Shown here piece by piece: positions 48,872-58,237 of a stretch of DNA of 64,000 nt (position 1 is its first letter; each line of letters opens with the position of its first letter). The DNA comes from Candidatus Bathyarchaeota archaeon (GTDB lineage: Archaea; Thermoproteota; Bathyarchaeia; Bathyarchaeales; Bathycorpusculaceae): positions 256,001-320,000 of the forward strand of contig CAWAKC010000007.1 of assembly GCA_963782525.1 (NCBI GenBank). Reading direction: 5' to 3'. Under the pieces are notes generated by a model, which saw nothing but the letters and a program-made list of their open reading frames with translations, had not been told where the DNA came from and searched no databases. Both the position numbers and the translations under genes were made by a program.

Positions 48872-49642
48872 TTAGGAAATATACGTCGTCTTCTTGTCGT
48901 CTTGTTTTCGGGTTTCTTCAGCTTGTACAGCACGTTTTTCTTCGATTTGCTGCAGGCGGGTAACCATTGTTTCGGCTTTTGCGATTTCTTCGTTTAAGCC
49001 AGCAAGGTCCAAGTCAAAGTTGAAAGTTGACTTCAGTACTTCTAGAACGCTTTTTGCTGCGAGAGGATCTGGGAGATAGCCACGTGTTTCGCCAAGTAAG
49101 CAGAGTGCGTCGATTTTTTTGAATTTCGCTAAGCCAAGGATTAAGCCTGCTGTTCCTACGATGGGGCTCCCTGAAGTGCTAAGTGTTGCACCAGCTTCCA
49201 AAGCTTTGTGCAGAACATCTTGGGATGTTGCTGCTATGAAGACTTTGGGTTTCTCTTTGGGTTCCATGCGGTAGCCACCGATGGTTGCAATCGTTTTCAC
49301 ATGGTGTTTTTCAGAAAAATCCAGCATGCGGTCGGCGATTTCGTATTGTCCTTCGATGGTTTGGCTTTGGCTGTCGCCTGTGAATAAGATGATGTCGTTT
49401 CCCTTGGGGTTTTGGTAGAAGTAGAATGCTCCTCTTAACAAGCGCACATTACCTTTTTTGTTAACTAACACGAAGTATGGAAAATGTGGCGAGTATAGGT
49501 AAGCGATTTTTTTGGCTTTCAACTGTTTAATCAAATAGCGCAGAGCGATTTTTCCCACTAGTCCTAAGCCAGGTAGACCTTCGATAAGGATTGGGTTGTT
49601 GGGTTTGATTTCACTAAATTCTTTGATGTACGTTTCCTTCAT
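48872..49642 (-). CDS. PAC2 family proteasome assembly chaperone
   Basis: LIEGLPGLGLVGKI, GDSQ, TIGGY, IVG.AGL, CLLGET.GY.PDP.AA. Confidence 0.92.
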   Translation of the reverse strand: MKETYIKEFSEIKPNNPILIEGLPGLGLVGKIALRYLIKQLKAKKIAYLYSPHFPYFVLVNKKGNVRLLRGAFYFYQNPKGNDIILFTGDSQSQTIEGQYEIADRMLDFSEKHHVKTIATIGGYRMEPKEKPKVFIAATSQDVLHKALEAGATLSTSGSPIVGTAGLILGLAKFKKIDALCLLGETRGYLPDPLAAKSVLEVLKSTFNFDLDLAGLNEEIAKAETMVTRLQQIEEKRAVQAEETRKQDDKKTTYIS

Positions 49643-49809
49643 TGTGCTTCTGCGCCCCTTTTCATAGCCATTCGGTACTTTAGGTATTTATCATCTGGGG
49701 AAAATTTAGGCGGATGAGGAATTCTCACTGGTCCACCACAGTAGGGACAACTAGTCTTGTTTAGGGTGTATTTTTCACATTTCACGCATTTGCGTAGTTG
49801 CCAAACCAA
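49639..49809 (-). CDS. nop10: H/ACA RNP protein Nop10 (below ORF-track cutoff)
   Basis: TTG start. MVWQLRKCVKCEKYTLNKTSCPYCGGPVRIPHPPKFSPDDKYLKYR, 56 aa, with its stop overlapping the PAC2 ATG. Confidence 0.93.
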   Translation of the reverse strand: MVWQLRKCVKCEKYTLNKTSCPYCGGPVRIPHPPKFSPDDKYLKYRMAMKRGAEAQ

Positions 49810-49866
49810 TCAGCAGTCCCTTCTAGAAAAGCTAAGCTGCCGGCCAATTAGCTCAAGCTCAGCCAT
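49810..49866 (-). other. 18-aa mini-ORF (MAELELIGRQLSFSRRDC) at the position normally held by aIF2-alpha
   Basis: GAGGA RBS-like element then ATG at 49866. TGA at 49812-49810 abuts the nop10 start. Confidence 0.5.
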
Positions 49867-49879
49867 TTTGCTGTTCCTC

Positions 49880-50077
49880 TTACTCAAGAACTGCTTGGAC
49901 GTCACCGTTAATCTTTGCTCTTCCACCGCTGGGTTCAGCTAACAATTCACCGCAGACGTTGCAGACGATTTTGTTAACTGCATTGCTGAAGATGAGTTGT
50001 TCGTTGCCGCATTTCTGGCATTTAACCCGTAGGAAGACGCTTCGCGGTTTCGGGATAAGTTTATTCCATTCAGACAT
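49880..50077 (-). CDS. rps27e: 30S ribosomal protein S27e
   Basis: IPKPRS.FLRVKC.KCGNEQ.IF.....C.VCG..L..P.GG.A.I. Confidence 0.96.
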   Translation of the reverse strand: MSEWNKLIPKPRSVFLRVKCQKCGNEQLIFSNAVNKIVCNVCGELLAEPSGGRAKINGDVQAVLE

Positions 50078-50098
50078 AATTTTCAAACTCCGTTAATT

Positions 50099-50374
50099 TT
50101 ATACTAGTGCTAGTTTTCGCAGGCGTATTCCATCTTTGTGGTACATGTAGTTGCATTTTTTGCATTTCATGCGCATAGTTTGCTTTTTTGTGGTTTTGGC
50201 GAATTCATGTTGAAGTGGATATTTTTGTCCGCCGTAACCTTCTTTTTCACGTTCATGGTGTCTTTCGCCTCTAGCAAGCGCTCTGCGTTTGCCCGCTTTA
50301 TAGATGGATACAGTATGAACGGTGTGAGCTTTACATTTTGGACAGTACGTATTGATTTCTTTAGGAACGTTCAC
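50099..50374 (-). CDS. rpl44e: 50S ribosomal protein L44e
   Basis: PK...TYCPKC..HT.H.V, GYGGQKYP, AKTTKK....KC..C. GTG start at 50374. Confidence 0.96.
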   Translation of the reverse strand: MNVPKEINTYCPKCKAHTVHTVSIYKAGKRRALARGERHHEREKEGYGGQKYPLQHEFAKTTKKQTMRMKCKKCNYMYHKDGIRLRKLALV

Positions 50375-50822
50375 GTTGACTACCAGCTCGCATAAAAGAA
50401 ACATACACCCTCTTATACTTTATGACTTTTAAAGCAAAAACCAGCAGTTTTCACCTCTGAAGTTTTGTATTTTTCAATAGTAGTTGTAACAGAAAACCCC
50501 GAACTAAACATCGTTTAGGAAACAGCCTAGAAATTGGTTTTTGGCGTAAGCGTCGGGTTTGAATTATAGGCGGGTCATGCTGCAAGTAGCATAAATTACA
50601 CGAGTGACATGTAGTGAGAGGTAAAAGTTGAGAAGCTTAAACTAGGCTGATCTTACCTCTTTGAGAAGAAAAAGGATAGAGAATTGGTTATGCACTCAGA
50701 AATTTAATTTCTATTGCCAAACGCTTGTTTCTGTGTTTGGTTGGGAACAATTTTATTAACTAAAAGCGTTATCAATAGCTATATAAATTTACAATACATG
50801 ATACAGCGAGGAAGAGGGTAAC

Positions 50823-51578
50823 ATGTTCAAGCTTAAAGTGTCTGACGCTAAACTCTTAAGGGATATGGCTACTGCCATCTCAATTCTTGTTGATGAAGCA
50901 ACCTTCAAAATTGACTCTGAAGGCTTAAAACTTCGCGCCATGGACCCATCACGCGTAGCCATGATAGATTTTGAATGGCCCAAAACGCTGTTCCAAGAAT
51001 TTGTGACCACTGAACCCACAAAAATCTGCTTAAACATCAGTGAATTACTCAAACTTCTCAAACGCGCAGGAAAAGAAGAAGCAGTTGAACTGTCCTTGGA
51101 CGACAAAACTGGCCGTTTACTTGTTACGATAACTGGCAAGTACAGCAGAAACTTTACGATGCCTACACTTGAAGCTTCCGAAGAAGAAGTTCCAACACCA
51201 AAAATCAGCTTCAACGTCAAAGCCAAAACCACTACTCAGGGCTTAAGCCAAGCAATCGAGGACGCCCAACTCGTCAGCGACCACGTAAAAATCGAAGCTG
51301 AACCAGAAAAGTTGACCCTGAGCGCTTCAGGCGACTTGATGGGAGCAACAATCACACTCCAAAAGGGTAACGACGCACTCCTCGACTTAGAAGTCAAAGA
51401 AAACGCAAAAGCAACCTTCAGCTTAAGCTACCTCTCAGAAATCATCAAAGCCGCGTCTGCAACCTCAGACATTGCAACATTGGAATTCTCATCTGACATG
51501 CCTGTGCGAATCGATTTCCAGCAGACAAAAGAAGGAAAGTTAACTTTCTTCTTGGCACCAAGAATCGAAACAGAGTAA
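50823..51578 (+). CDS. pcn: DNA polymerase sliding clamp PCNA
   Basis: LVDEATF...GL.LRAMDPSRVAM, FSLSYL, F..DMP, F.LAPR. Confidence 0.97.
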   Translation: MFKLKVSDAKLLRDMATAISILVDEATFKIDSEGLKLRAMDPSRVAMIDFEWPKTLFQEFVTTEPTKICLNISELLKLLKRAGKEEAVELSLDDKTGRLLVTITGKYSRNFTMPTLEASEEEVPTPKISFNVKAKTTTQGLSQAIEDAQLVSDHVKIEAEPEKLTLSASGDLMGATITLQKGNDALLDLEVKENAKATFSLSYLSEIIKAASATSDIATLEFSSDMPVRIDFQQTKEGKLTFFLAPRIETE

Positions 51579-51585
51579 GACAAAA

Positions 51586-52611
51586 GTGCAGATGGAAACG
51601 GCTTTATCTTCCGAAGATTTTGCCAAATACCCATTTTTAAAACAAGCATCAAAACAGATTGAAGGGCTCCAGTTTACCATCGGAGCTTTATCTTCCGAGA
51701 AACCCATTTTTGACCGAGCCCAAAAACGCGTCGAAAAAGCAATCTTAGAAGTAAATACAGGAGAAGCAATCAGAGATGGACGGGCTGAAATTTCATCTTT
51801 TGCTGCTGCGCTTATTCTGGTTATTGCAACCAAAAATTCATGGATTAAAAAACGGTACACGTTGGCAGTTGCAAAAACTGCGCACGCACAAATGCTCAGC
51901 GAGGGTAAAGGAAAAATTTTTGCCATTGCCCAAGACTTTGAGTGGGATATTGCAGAAGGAGAGTTTGGCAAAGATTTTCGTTTAGGGTTTAATTTCTACC
52001 TCAAGAATGCCGCCCACATGCATGGTTCCGAGTGGAAGCTGGTTAACCAAATCATGGATAAGGGCATGGTTTACTTAAACAAAGACAAAGTCGTGCGACT
52101 GCTCCAAGAAGAAATAAAACGCCGAGTCGAGAAAAGGATGGACGTTTCTGAAATCAAGAACCTGCCCTCAGAAATTATCGCCATCGCCGAGGAACTGATG
52201 AAGTTGGCTCAAGCTATTATGGGGCAGGAAATTGAGGAGATGCCCAAAGTTGTAGTCCAAGCCGCTTTTCCACCATGCATTAACGCGCTCTATGCGGATG
52301 CAGCACAAGCACATCACCTTAGCCACATCGGACGCTTTACGCTGACATCTTTTATGGTTAACATCGGCATGACACCTGAAGGACTCAATGACATGTTCAA
52401 AACCTTCTCTGATTACAACGAACGTTTAACTCGCTACCAGATCGAGCACATTGCGGGTGAACGCGGGTCAGGAACAAAGTACACTTGTCCCCAATGCTCG
52501 GTTTTGCAAACTCATAGCGTATGCAAGAACCGTGATGAGTTATGCCGCCGTATCTATCATCCGCTTCAATATTACAAGAGAAAGCAGAAAACCATGACTC
52601 AGGGGCAATGA
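51586..52611 (+). CDS. priL: DNA primase large subunit
   Basis: AKYPF, WKLVN....G.VYL, FPPCI, LSH..RF, T.YQIEHIAG, Y..P.C......C.....C. Confidence 0.93.
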   Translation: MQMETALSSEDFAKYPFLKQASKQIEGLQFTIGALSSEKPIFDRAQKRVEKAILEVNTGEAIRDGRAEISSFAAALILVIATKNSWIKKRYTLAVAKTAHAQMLSEGKGKIFAIAQDFEWDIAEGEFGKDFRLGFNFYLKNAAHMHGSEWKLVNQIMDKGMVYLNKDKVVRLLQEEIKRRVEKRMDVSEIKNLPSEIIAIAEELMKLAQAIMGQEIEEMPKVVVQAAFPPCINALYADAAQAHHLSHIGRFTLTSFMVNIGMTPEGLNDMFKTFSDYNERLTRYQIEHIAGERGSGTKYTCPQCSVLQTHSVCKNRDELCRRIYHPLQYYKRKQKTMTQGQ

Positions 52612-52662
52612 TTTGTTGATCTTTATTAGTTTATTTAGCTCTATTATGGGTGACAAAGTTTT

Positions 52663-53406
52663 ATGGGTTATGACTTAATCAGCAATTCAGTGGGAAATTC
52701 TGACGTCGGCGTGATTCTTCCAACCTATGGAGAAGCCGACAACATAGCGAAACTAATCGAAGACATTGAAAACCTGAAGTTGGATGCGTCCATATTGGTT
52801 ATTGACGATTCAAGCCCAGATGGAACCGCAGAAATCGTCAGGGAAAAACAGCGCAAATACCCCAACATCACGCTCTATGTGAGACCAAAAAAATCAGGTT
52901 TGGGCACAGCCATAACAGACGGATTCAAAATATTCTTATCCGCTCCAAATCCTCCCAAATATGTCTTCGCAATGGACGCTGATTATTCTCATAATCCACA
53001 GGACATGCCCCAGCTCTTAGCAACCATGCGGGAATGCGACTGCGGAATCGTCATAGGCAGCCGATACGTCAAAGGAGGCAAAATCAGCGGATGGCCCTTC
53101 ACAAGAAAAGTCATTAGCAAAACAGCCAACTTTATCGCCCGGAATTCTTTGGGTTTAAAGCTGCATGATTGCACCAGCGGATTCCGCTGTTACTCTACAA
53201 TATTCCTAAGAGAAGCCGTCGACAGCCTACATAGCCACACCTACGAAATCCAGATAGAAACAGTTAGACAGGCGACTTTGAAGAAATTCACGGTTAAAGA
53301 ATCGCCTATTGTTTTTGTGAATCGAAAGCGTGGGAAATCAAAGCTTTCGTTGACTGAAGTTAAAAGTTACTTGTCGTATACTTTCAAGGCAGTTTGGCGC
53401 TCGTAA
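52663..53406 (+). CDS. polyprenol/dolichol-phosphate mannose synthase (GT2, DPM1-like)
   Basis: ILPTY.EA.NI, IDDSSPDGT, MDADYSH.P, GSRY..GG, D.TSGFR, R..GKSKL. Confidence 0.92.
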   Translation: MGYDLISNSVGNSDVGVILPTYGEADNIAKLIEDIENLKLDASILVIDDSSPDGTAEIVREKQRKYPNITLYVRPKKSGLGTAITDGFKIFLSAPNPPKYVFAMDADYSHNPQDMPQLLATMRECDCGIVIGSRYVKGGKISGWPFTRKVISKTANFIARNSLGLKLHDCTSGFRCYSTIFLREAVDSLHSHTYEIQIETVRQATLKKFTVKESPIVFVNRKRGKSKLSLTEVKSYLSYTFKAVWRS

Positions 53407-53451
53407 TAACGCTTTAACCTAACAGTAAATAAAGACGCCTCCCATCAGACA

Positions 53452-54999
53452 TTGAGGCGAATAATCTTGGCAATTAACGTAGAATCTGCATACAAGGAGC
53501 TTTTATCAAAAACCAAAGATTTGGTAGTGCTTTCGACGGCTGAAGGAATCGTCCACTGGGACATGGAAATCTACATGCCTCCCAAAGCGGTGGAGCAACG
53601 CAGCCAACAACTGGCGCTACTCAACCGCATCCGCCACAAAATGGCAACCGACCCGGAGATCGGTAAACTCTTAAAAATTATCCGAACAAACGCAGAGTAC
53701 CAAGCGCTTGAAGAAGTAGAAAAACGAAACCTGTACCTCATGAACAAAAGCTACCAAGAACAAACGGCTCTGCCCGAAAAACTCGTTTCAGACCTTGCCA
53801 TGCAAGAGACTTTGACCGTTAATGTTTGGAAGAAAGCAAAAGCCAAAAAGGACTACAACCTCTTCAAGCCTGAATTGCAAAAACTGCTTGACCTAAACAA
53901 GCAAGCGGCAGAAATTCTCATGAAAGTTAAAGAAACCAAAACGCCCTACGAAGCGTTGCTTGACAATTTTGAGCCCAAAATGCCTGCACAGACCATAACC
54001 GCAACCTTCAACCAGTTGCTGGCAGGTTTAAAACCGTTAATTGCAAAGATAGAAGATTGCAGGGCCAAAACGAACACGCAAATCCTCAATCAACCCGTTC
54101 CAGTCGAGGACCAACGCGAAATCACGCAACTCATAACCCAATCGCTCGGCTACGACACTGCTTCATCGGCGGCTGGTGGAAGAGTGGACGAGACAGAACA
54201 CCCCTTCACCACAGGATACTACGATGATGTACGCATAACCACGCACTATTACCTCAACAATTTTGCAAGCTCAATCTTCTCGGTACTCCATGAAAGCGGC
54301 CACGCCCTCTACGAGCAAAACCTCAACCCAAAATGGCAATATCAACCCGTCGGCTCAACCTGCTCGTACGGCGTTCATGAATCGCAATCGCGTTTCTATG
54401 AAAATATCATTGGGCGTTCCAAGGAGTTCTGGACGTGGTTTCTGCCAAAAATCAAGCAAGCCGCACCAAGCCTTAGCAATCTCCAGTTAGACCCATTTAT
54501 CCATGCTGTAAACAAAGTTGAACGCTCAAAAATCAGGATTGAAGCCGACGAAGTAACCTATAGCCTCCACATCATAATTCGTTTTGAAATTGAAAGAGAC
54601 CTATTCGCAAACAAAATTACTGTCGACGAACTACCAGAGGCATGGAATCAGAAATACGCTGACTACCTGGGCGTGAAAATCAAGAACGACTCCGAGGGTG
54701 TAATGCAGGATACTCATTGGGCAAGCGGATTGTACGGTTACTTCCCAAGCTACGCATTGGGAAACATTTACAGTGGGCAAATAACCTCGGCAATTAACAA
54801 GGACTTGCCAAACTGGCGCGGAGAATTGGCTGAGGGAAAACTCGAAAACGTTAACACTTGGCTAAAAACGAACATCCACAGCAAAAGCGATTTCTATGAC
54901 CCCGAAGAACTAATTAAGCTATCAACTGGAACATGCCTGAATTCACAACCATACCTGCAGTACTTAAACAAAAAATACGGCGAACTCTACGGATTTTAA
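53452..54999 (+). CDS. carboxypeptidase, M32 family
   Basis: HPF, DVRITT, HESGH, HESQSR, IRIEADE, GVMQDTHW, YFPSYALG. Confidence 0.96.
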   Translation: MRRIILAINVESAYKELLSKTKDLVVLSTAEGIVHWDMEIYMPPKAVEQRSQQLALLNRIRHKMATDPEIGKLLKIIRTNAEYQALEEVEKRNLYLMNKSYQEQTALPEKLVSDLAMQETLTVNVWKKAKAKKDYNLFKPELQKLLDLNKQAAEILMKVKETKTPYEALLDNFEPKMPAQTITATFNQLLAGLKPLIAKIEDCRAKTNTQILNQPVPVEDQREITQLITQSLGYDTASSAAGGRVDETEHPFTTGYYDDVRITTHYYLNNFASSIFSVLHESGHALYEQNLNPKWQYQPVGSTCSYGVHESQSRFYENIIGRSKEFWTWFLPKIKQAAPSLSNLQLDPFIHAVNKVERSKIRIEADEVTYSLHIIIRFEIERDLFANKITVDELPEAWNQKYADYLGVKIKNDSEGVMQDTHWASGLYGYFPSYALGNIYSGQITSAINKDLPNWRGELAEGKLENVNTWLKTNIHSKSDFYDPEELIKLSTGTCLNSQPYLQYLNKKYGELYGF

Positions 55000-55178
55000 A
55001 TCTTGGGTTTCTTGGTTAATTCCTTATAGATGTAGATGATGAGGTAGGCTCCAATTGAACCGATGAAAATGTAGATACCGCTGTATCCGACGACTGCGCT
55101 GTAAATGTTGGCACCGTACAAGAACAGTATGAAACCAACAATAAATAAGCCCAGTAATGTCCAGTCAGTCCAAGACAT
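54996..55178 (-). CDS. small 2-TM membrane protein
   Basis: MSWTDWTLLGLF... with a GAGGA RBS-like element upstream. Confidence 0.6.
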   Translation of the reverse strand: MSWTDWTLLGLFIVGFILFLYGANIYSAVVGYSGIYIFIGSIGAYLIIYIYKELTKKPKI

Positions 55179-55343
55179 CGAATTTCCTCGCCGAATTAAG
55201 CATTCAATGCAGGCTATGGGATATAAAGATTTACAGAAGAGGACATACACCAACCGAAACACTCATCGCCACTGATAAGTTATCGCCAAACGACAATTTA
55301 CCACTAAAACCTTCTTAGTCAACCATAATCTTTCCAGACCCAT

Positions 55344-55402
55344 CCGACATTTTTATATATAACATAAGCCAAAGAAAGCGACCGAGGAAAAATAAATGTC
55401 GG
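55344..55402 (+). promoter_or_regulatory. fae-hps promoter: TATA-like TTTATATA flanked by 9-bp inverted repeat CCGACATTT / AAATGTCGG
   Basis: Arms at 55344-55352 and 55394-55402. The second arm spans the ATG. Confidence 0.45.
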
Positions 55403-56835
55403 GAGCAGACATCAAAAAGCCAGAAACACGTGAAATATTAATAAAAATGCTTACAGAAGCCGCCAAAAAAGAAGTTGGCACAAAAGGTAAGCCGACAAAA
55501 CCGACAGTCGTCGGAACAGCAAAAGAAATGGACATCCACAGAGACACACTCTACTCATGGCTAAAAGAATTTAATGTCGATTTCAAAGAAATCGTTGACC
55601 GGATGCAGACAACAGCTGACATTGCAGAGGAGGATTCAAACCCAACTTACCTTATCGGAGAATCATTACTTGGAGAAGGAAACGAAGTTGCACACATCGA
55701 TCTCATGATAGGCGATAAAAACGGACCCATCGGACAAGCATTCGCAAACGGCATGACACAACTATCCGCCGGCCACACACCAGTGCTAGCCGTCATCAGA
55801 CCTAACCTGCCGCCAAAACCACACACTCTAATCGTGCCAAAAGTCACCATCAAAAACATGGAGGACACAGGTAAAATCTTCGGTCCAGCACAAGCAGCAG
55901 TTGCAAAAGCCATTGCTGACTCAGCCGAAGAAGGGGTTATTCCAGCCAGCAAGCTAGACAGTTGGGTTATCATCTGCAGTGTCTTCATTCATCCAAAAGC
56001 AACCGATTACCGCAAGATATACCAGTACAACTATGGAGCAACCAAAATGGCGCTACAACGAGCGTTAAAGAGCTATCCAACACTAGAAAAAATTATCTAC
56101 GAAAAAGATCGCTCAAAGCACCCAATTATGGGCTTCAAAGTTCCACGCCTATGGAGACCACCATACCTACAAATTGCACTTGATGCACCCTCACTTGAAG
56201 GCGCAAAGAAAGTTATACAAGCACTGCCAGGAAGCGACAGAATTATCCTTGAAGTCGGAACCCCATTCATTAAACGCTACGGCACAAGGGGAATCAATGA
56301 ACTACGTCAAATAGCCAAAGACAAATTCATTATAGCAGACCTAAAGACCCTTGACGTTGGCAAAGTTGAAGTGGACATCGCCTACGAAGACACCGCAGAC
56401 GCAGTAGTCGCAGCAGGCTTAGCTCCTCCAGAAACCCTCGACGCAACCGTTCACGAAGCCAGACGCCTTGGAATCTACGCAGTCATCGACATGCTAAACG
56501 TTGAAGATGTGTTGGGTAAACTGAAATCTCTCAAAGACCTTCCAGACATCGTCATATTACATAGAGGCATCGACCAAGAAAGCGGCAGAACCTGCGGATT
56601 GGAACGCATAAAACTTATACGCCAAGCATTCCCCAACAAGAAATACCTAATCGCAGTCGCAGGCGGCATAGTACCAGAAACAGCTAAAGAAGCATTAGAT
56701 CTAGGCGCAGACATACTCATCGTCGGCAGATACGTTACACAATCCAAAGACATCGAAAGGTCAGTTCGAGATTTCCTCGAGTTAACACCAAGCATGCGCG
56801 AAGACGTCGACTTATATAGAGTCCACACAGAATAA
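55396..56835 (+). CDS. fae-hps: bifunctional formaldehyde-activating enzyme / 3-hexulose-6-phosphate synthase with extra N-terminal HTH
   Basis: Fae: IGE.L.G.GNEVAHIDL.IG, GHTP, FGPAQAAVA. Hps: LQIALD, EVGTP, ADLKTLD, LHRGID, AVAGG, VGR. About 80-aa N-terminal extension. Confidence 0.95.
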   Translation: MSGADIKKPETREILIKMLTEAAKKEVGTKGKPTKPTVVGTAKEMDIHRDTLYSWLKEFNVDFKEIVDRMQTTADIAEEDSNPTYLIGESLLGEGNEVAHIDLMIGDKNGPIGQAFANGMTQLSAGHTPVLAVIRPNLPPKPHTLIVPKVTIKNMEDTGKIFGPAQAAVAKAIADSAEEGVIPASKLDSWVIICSVFIHPKATDYRKIYQYNYGATKMALQRALKSYPTLEKIIYEKDRSKHPIMGFKVPRLWRPPYLQIALDAPSLEGAKKVIQALPGSDRIILEVGTPFIKRYGTRGINELRQIAKDKFIIADLKTLDVGKVEVDIAYEDTADAVVAAGLAPPETLDATVHEARRLGIYAVIDMLNVEDVLGKLKSLKDLPDIVILHRGIDQESGRTCGLERIKLIRQAFPNKKYLIAVAGGIVPETAKEALDLGADILIVGRYVTQSKDIERSVRDFLELTPSMREDVDLYRVHTE

Positions 56836-56847
56836 ACCATAAAACCC

Positions 56848-56880
56848 CGAGCAAAGCTCGCCTAATTTTCTTTTTTATTT
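56848..56880 (+). terminator. hairpin CGAGC-AAA-GCTCG plus T-tract
   Basis: Downstream of the fae-hps stop, convergent with the MFS gene. Confidence 0.4.
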
Positions 56881-58185
56881 AATGTTTTTTGGAAATAGCT
56901 TTAGGGCTATGAAGGCAACCAAGAAGACTAAAGCGGCAATTGCGAACATTATGACAAAACTGAGGCTACTAGCAAGAAAAGGTCCAAGAAAAGCACCGAC
57001 TGCTGAGCCTAAGCCGACAAGTCCATCGAAAAATCCGGCTTTACCCTCAGGTATTACTTCCATAGAAAGAGAAAGCATCAGAATGTAATACATTGCGTAG
57101 GCGAAACCGATGAAAACGAGCAGGAGACCAGTCAAAATTTTAGGAGCCAGAGCAAATTCAACTATTCCAACCAACGAAAATATTAGAAGACTTCGCAGAA
57201 GCACGAAACGGGGCATTTGTTTTCTTATATTCATTGATCTTGCGCGTCCGCGTATTAAGAAGTACCCTGTTGTTGCACCGACTGAATTAAGAATGTATGC
57301 TAGATATACGTACTGTTGTTGTCCGCCAAAGAGGTCTTTAAGATATACGGGTAGTGGCGTAAAAAATAGACTGGTCGCAAGAGAAAACAAAACTATTCCC
57401 AAAACCAACCCTAGAAAGCTTTCCTCTTTGAGCGAACCATTCCAACGCAGTCCATCCATAAGTCTAGTTGACCCCTCCAAACCCCGAGAAGCGGTATCAA
57501 GCTTCCTTTCAATACCTACCAAGCGCCTTTCAAAAATCATCAATGGGTCAGCAATAAATGCCACAGCCAAAATGAAGGCTACTGCACTTAAACCGGAACA
57601 CAGGTAGAAAGAGTATGTGGATAGAGTTGAAAAGCTAAGCGCAGATGCAAACAGTAGCAATCCGGCTACTAAGCCGATAATGAAACCAATTTCAGTAACT
57701 CCCTCGTATAATCCAAAAGAGCTCTCCCAGTCCTTGCGGCTGTAATGCTCGGTTACAAGCACATTTTTCGGTGATTCGTGTGCTACATGGAGCATTTGCA
57801 TGACAACATACAGAATGACAAAAACGATTAAATTTTGTGCGAACGGAAGTGCCATAAGAAAAAGAAGTATAGCTATTGAAGCGAAGGAAAGAAGAATGAA
57901 CGCTTTGTAGTGGCGAGTTTTATCACAGAGGTATCCCCAGAGAAATGAGGCTGGAATGGAGCAGAATATAGCTACGGAAGTCATGATGCCAAGAGCAAGC
58001 AGCGGGCCACCCAAGAAAACTATCACGTACAATGGTATAAAAACTGTTAGCAATCCGAAGGCCATATCGTGAAAGAAGAATCCTAGCCGCCACATAGCCA
58101 CAAACCAGTTCACTGTCGAATTAAAACTTTTACCTGAAAAATCAGAACATACGTAAAAGTAGTGTTGGAGAGAAAAAATTTTCAT
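56875..58185 (-). CDS. MFS transporter
   Basis: About 12 TM segments and motif A-like WGYLCDKTR. The start is probably nearer 58095. Confidence 0.88.
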   Translation of the reverse strand: MKIFSLQHYFYVCSDFSGKSFNSTVNWFVAMWRLGFFFHDMAFGLLTVFIPLYVIVFLGGPLLALGIMTSVAIFCSIPASFLWGYLCDKTRHYKAFILLSFASIAILLFLMALPFAQNLIVFVILYVVMQMLHVAHESPKNVLVTEHYSRKDWESSFGLYEGVTEIGFIIGLVAGLLLFASALSFSTLSTYSFYLCSGLSAVAFILAVAFIADPLMIFERRLVGIERKLDTASRGLEGSTRLMDGLRWNGSLKEESFLGLVLGIVLFSLATSLFFTPLPVYLKDLFGGQQQYVYLAYILNSVGATTGYFLIRGRARSMNIRKQMPRFVLLRSLLIFSLVGIVEFALAPKILTGLLLVFIGFAYAMYYILMLSLSMEVIPEGKAGFFDGLVGLGSAVGAFLGPFLASSLSFVIMFAIAALVFLVAFIALKLFPKNIK

Positions 58186-58237
58186 AAATCCTTAATAGAG
58201 AGAGCACCCAATTTCATACTCCGCTGGAGAGAATATC

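Noticed and set aside
55315-55322. TTAGTCAA half-site upstream of fae-hps
   Set aside because: It has no matching right arm, so it is not counted as a copy of the island dyad site.
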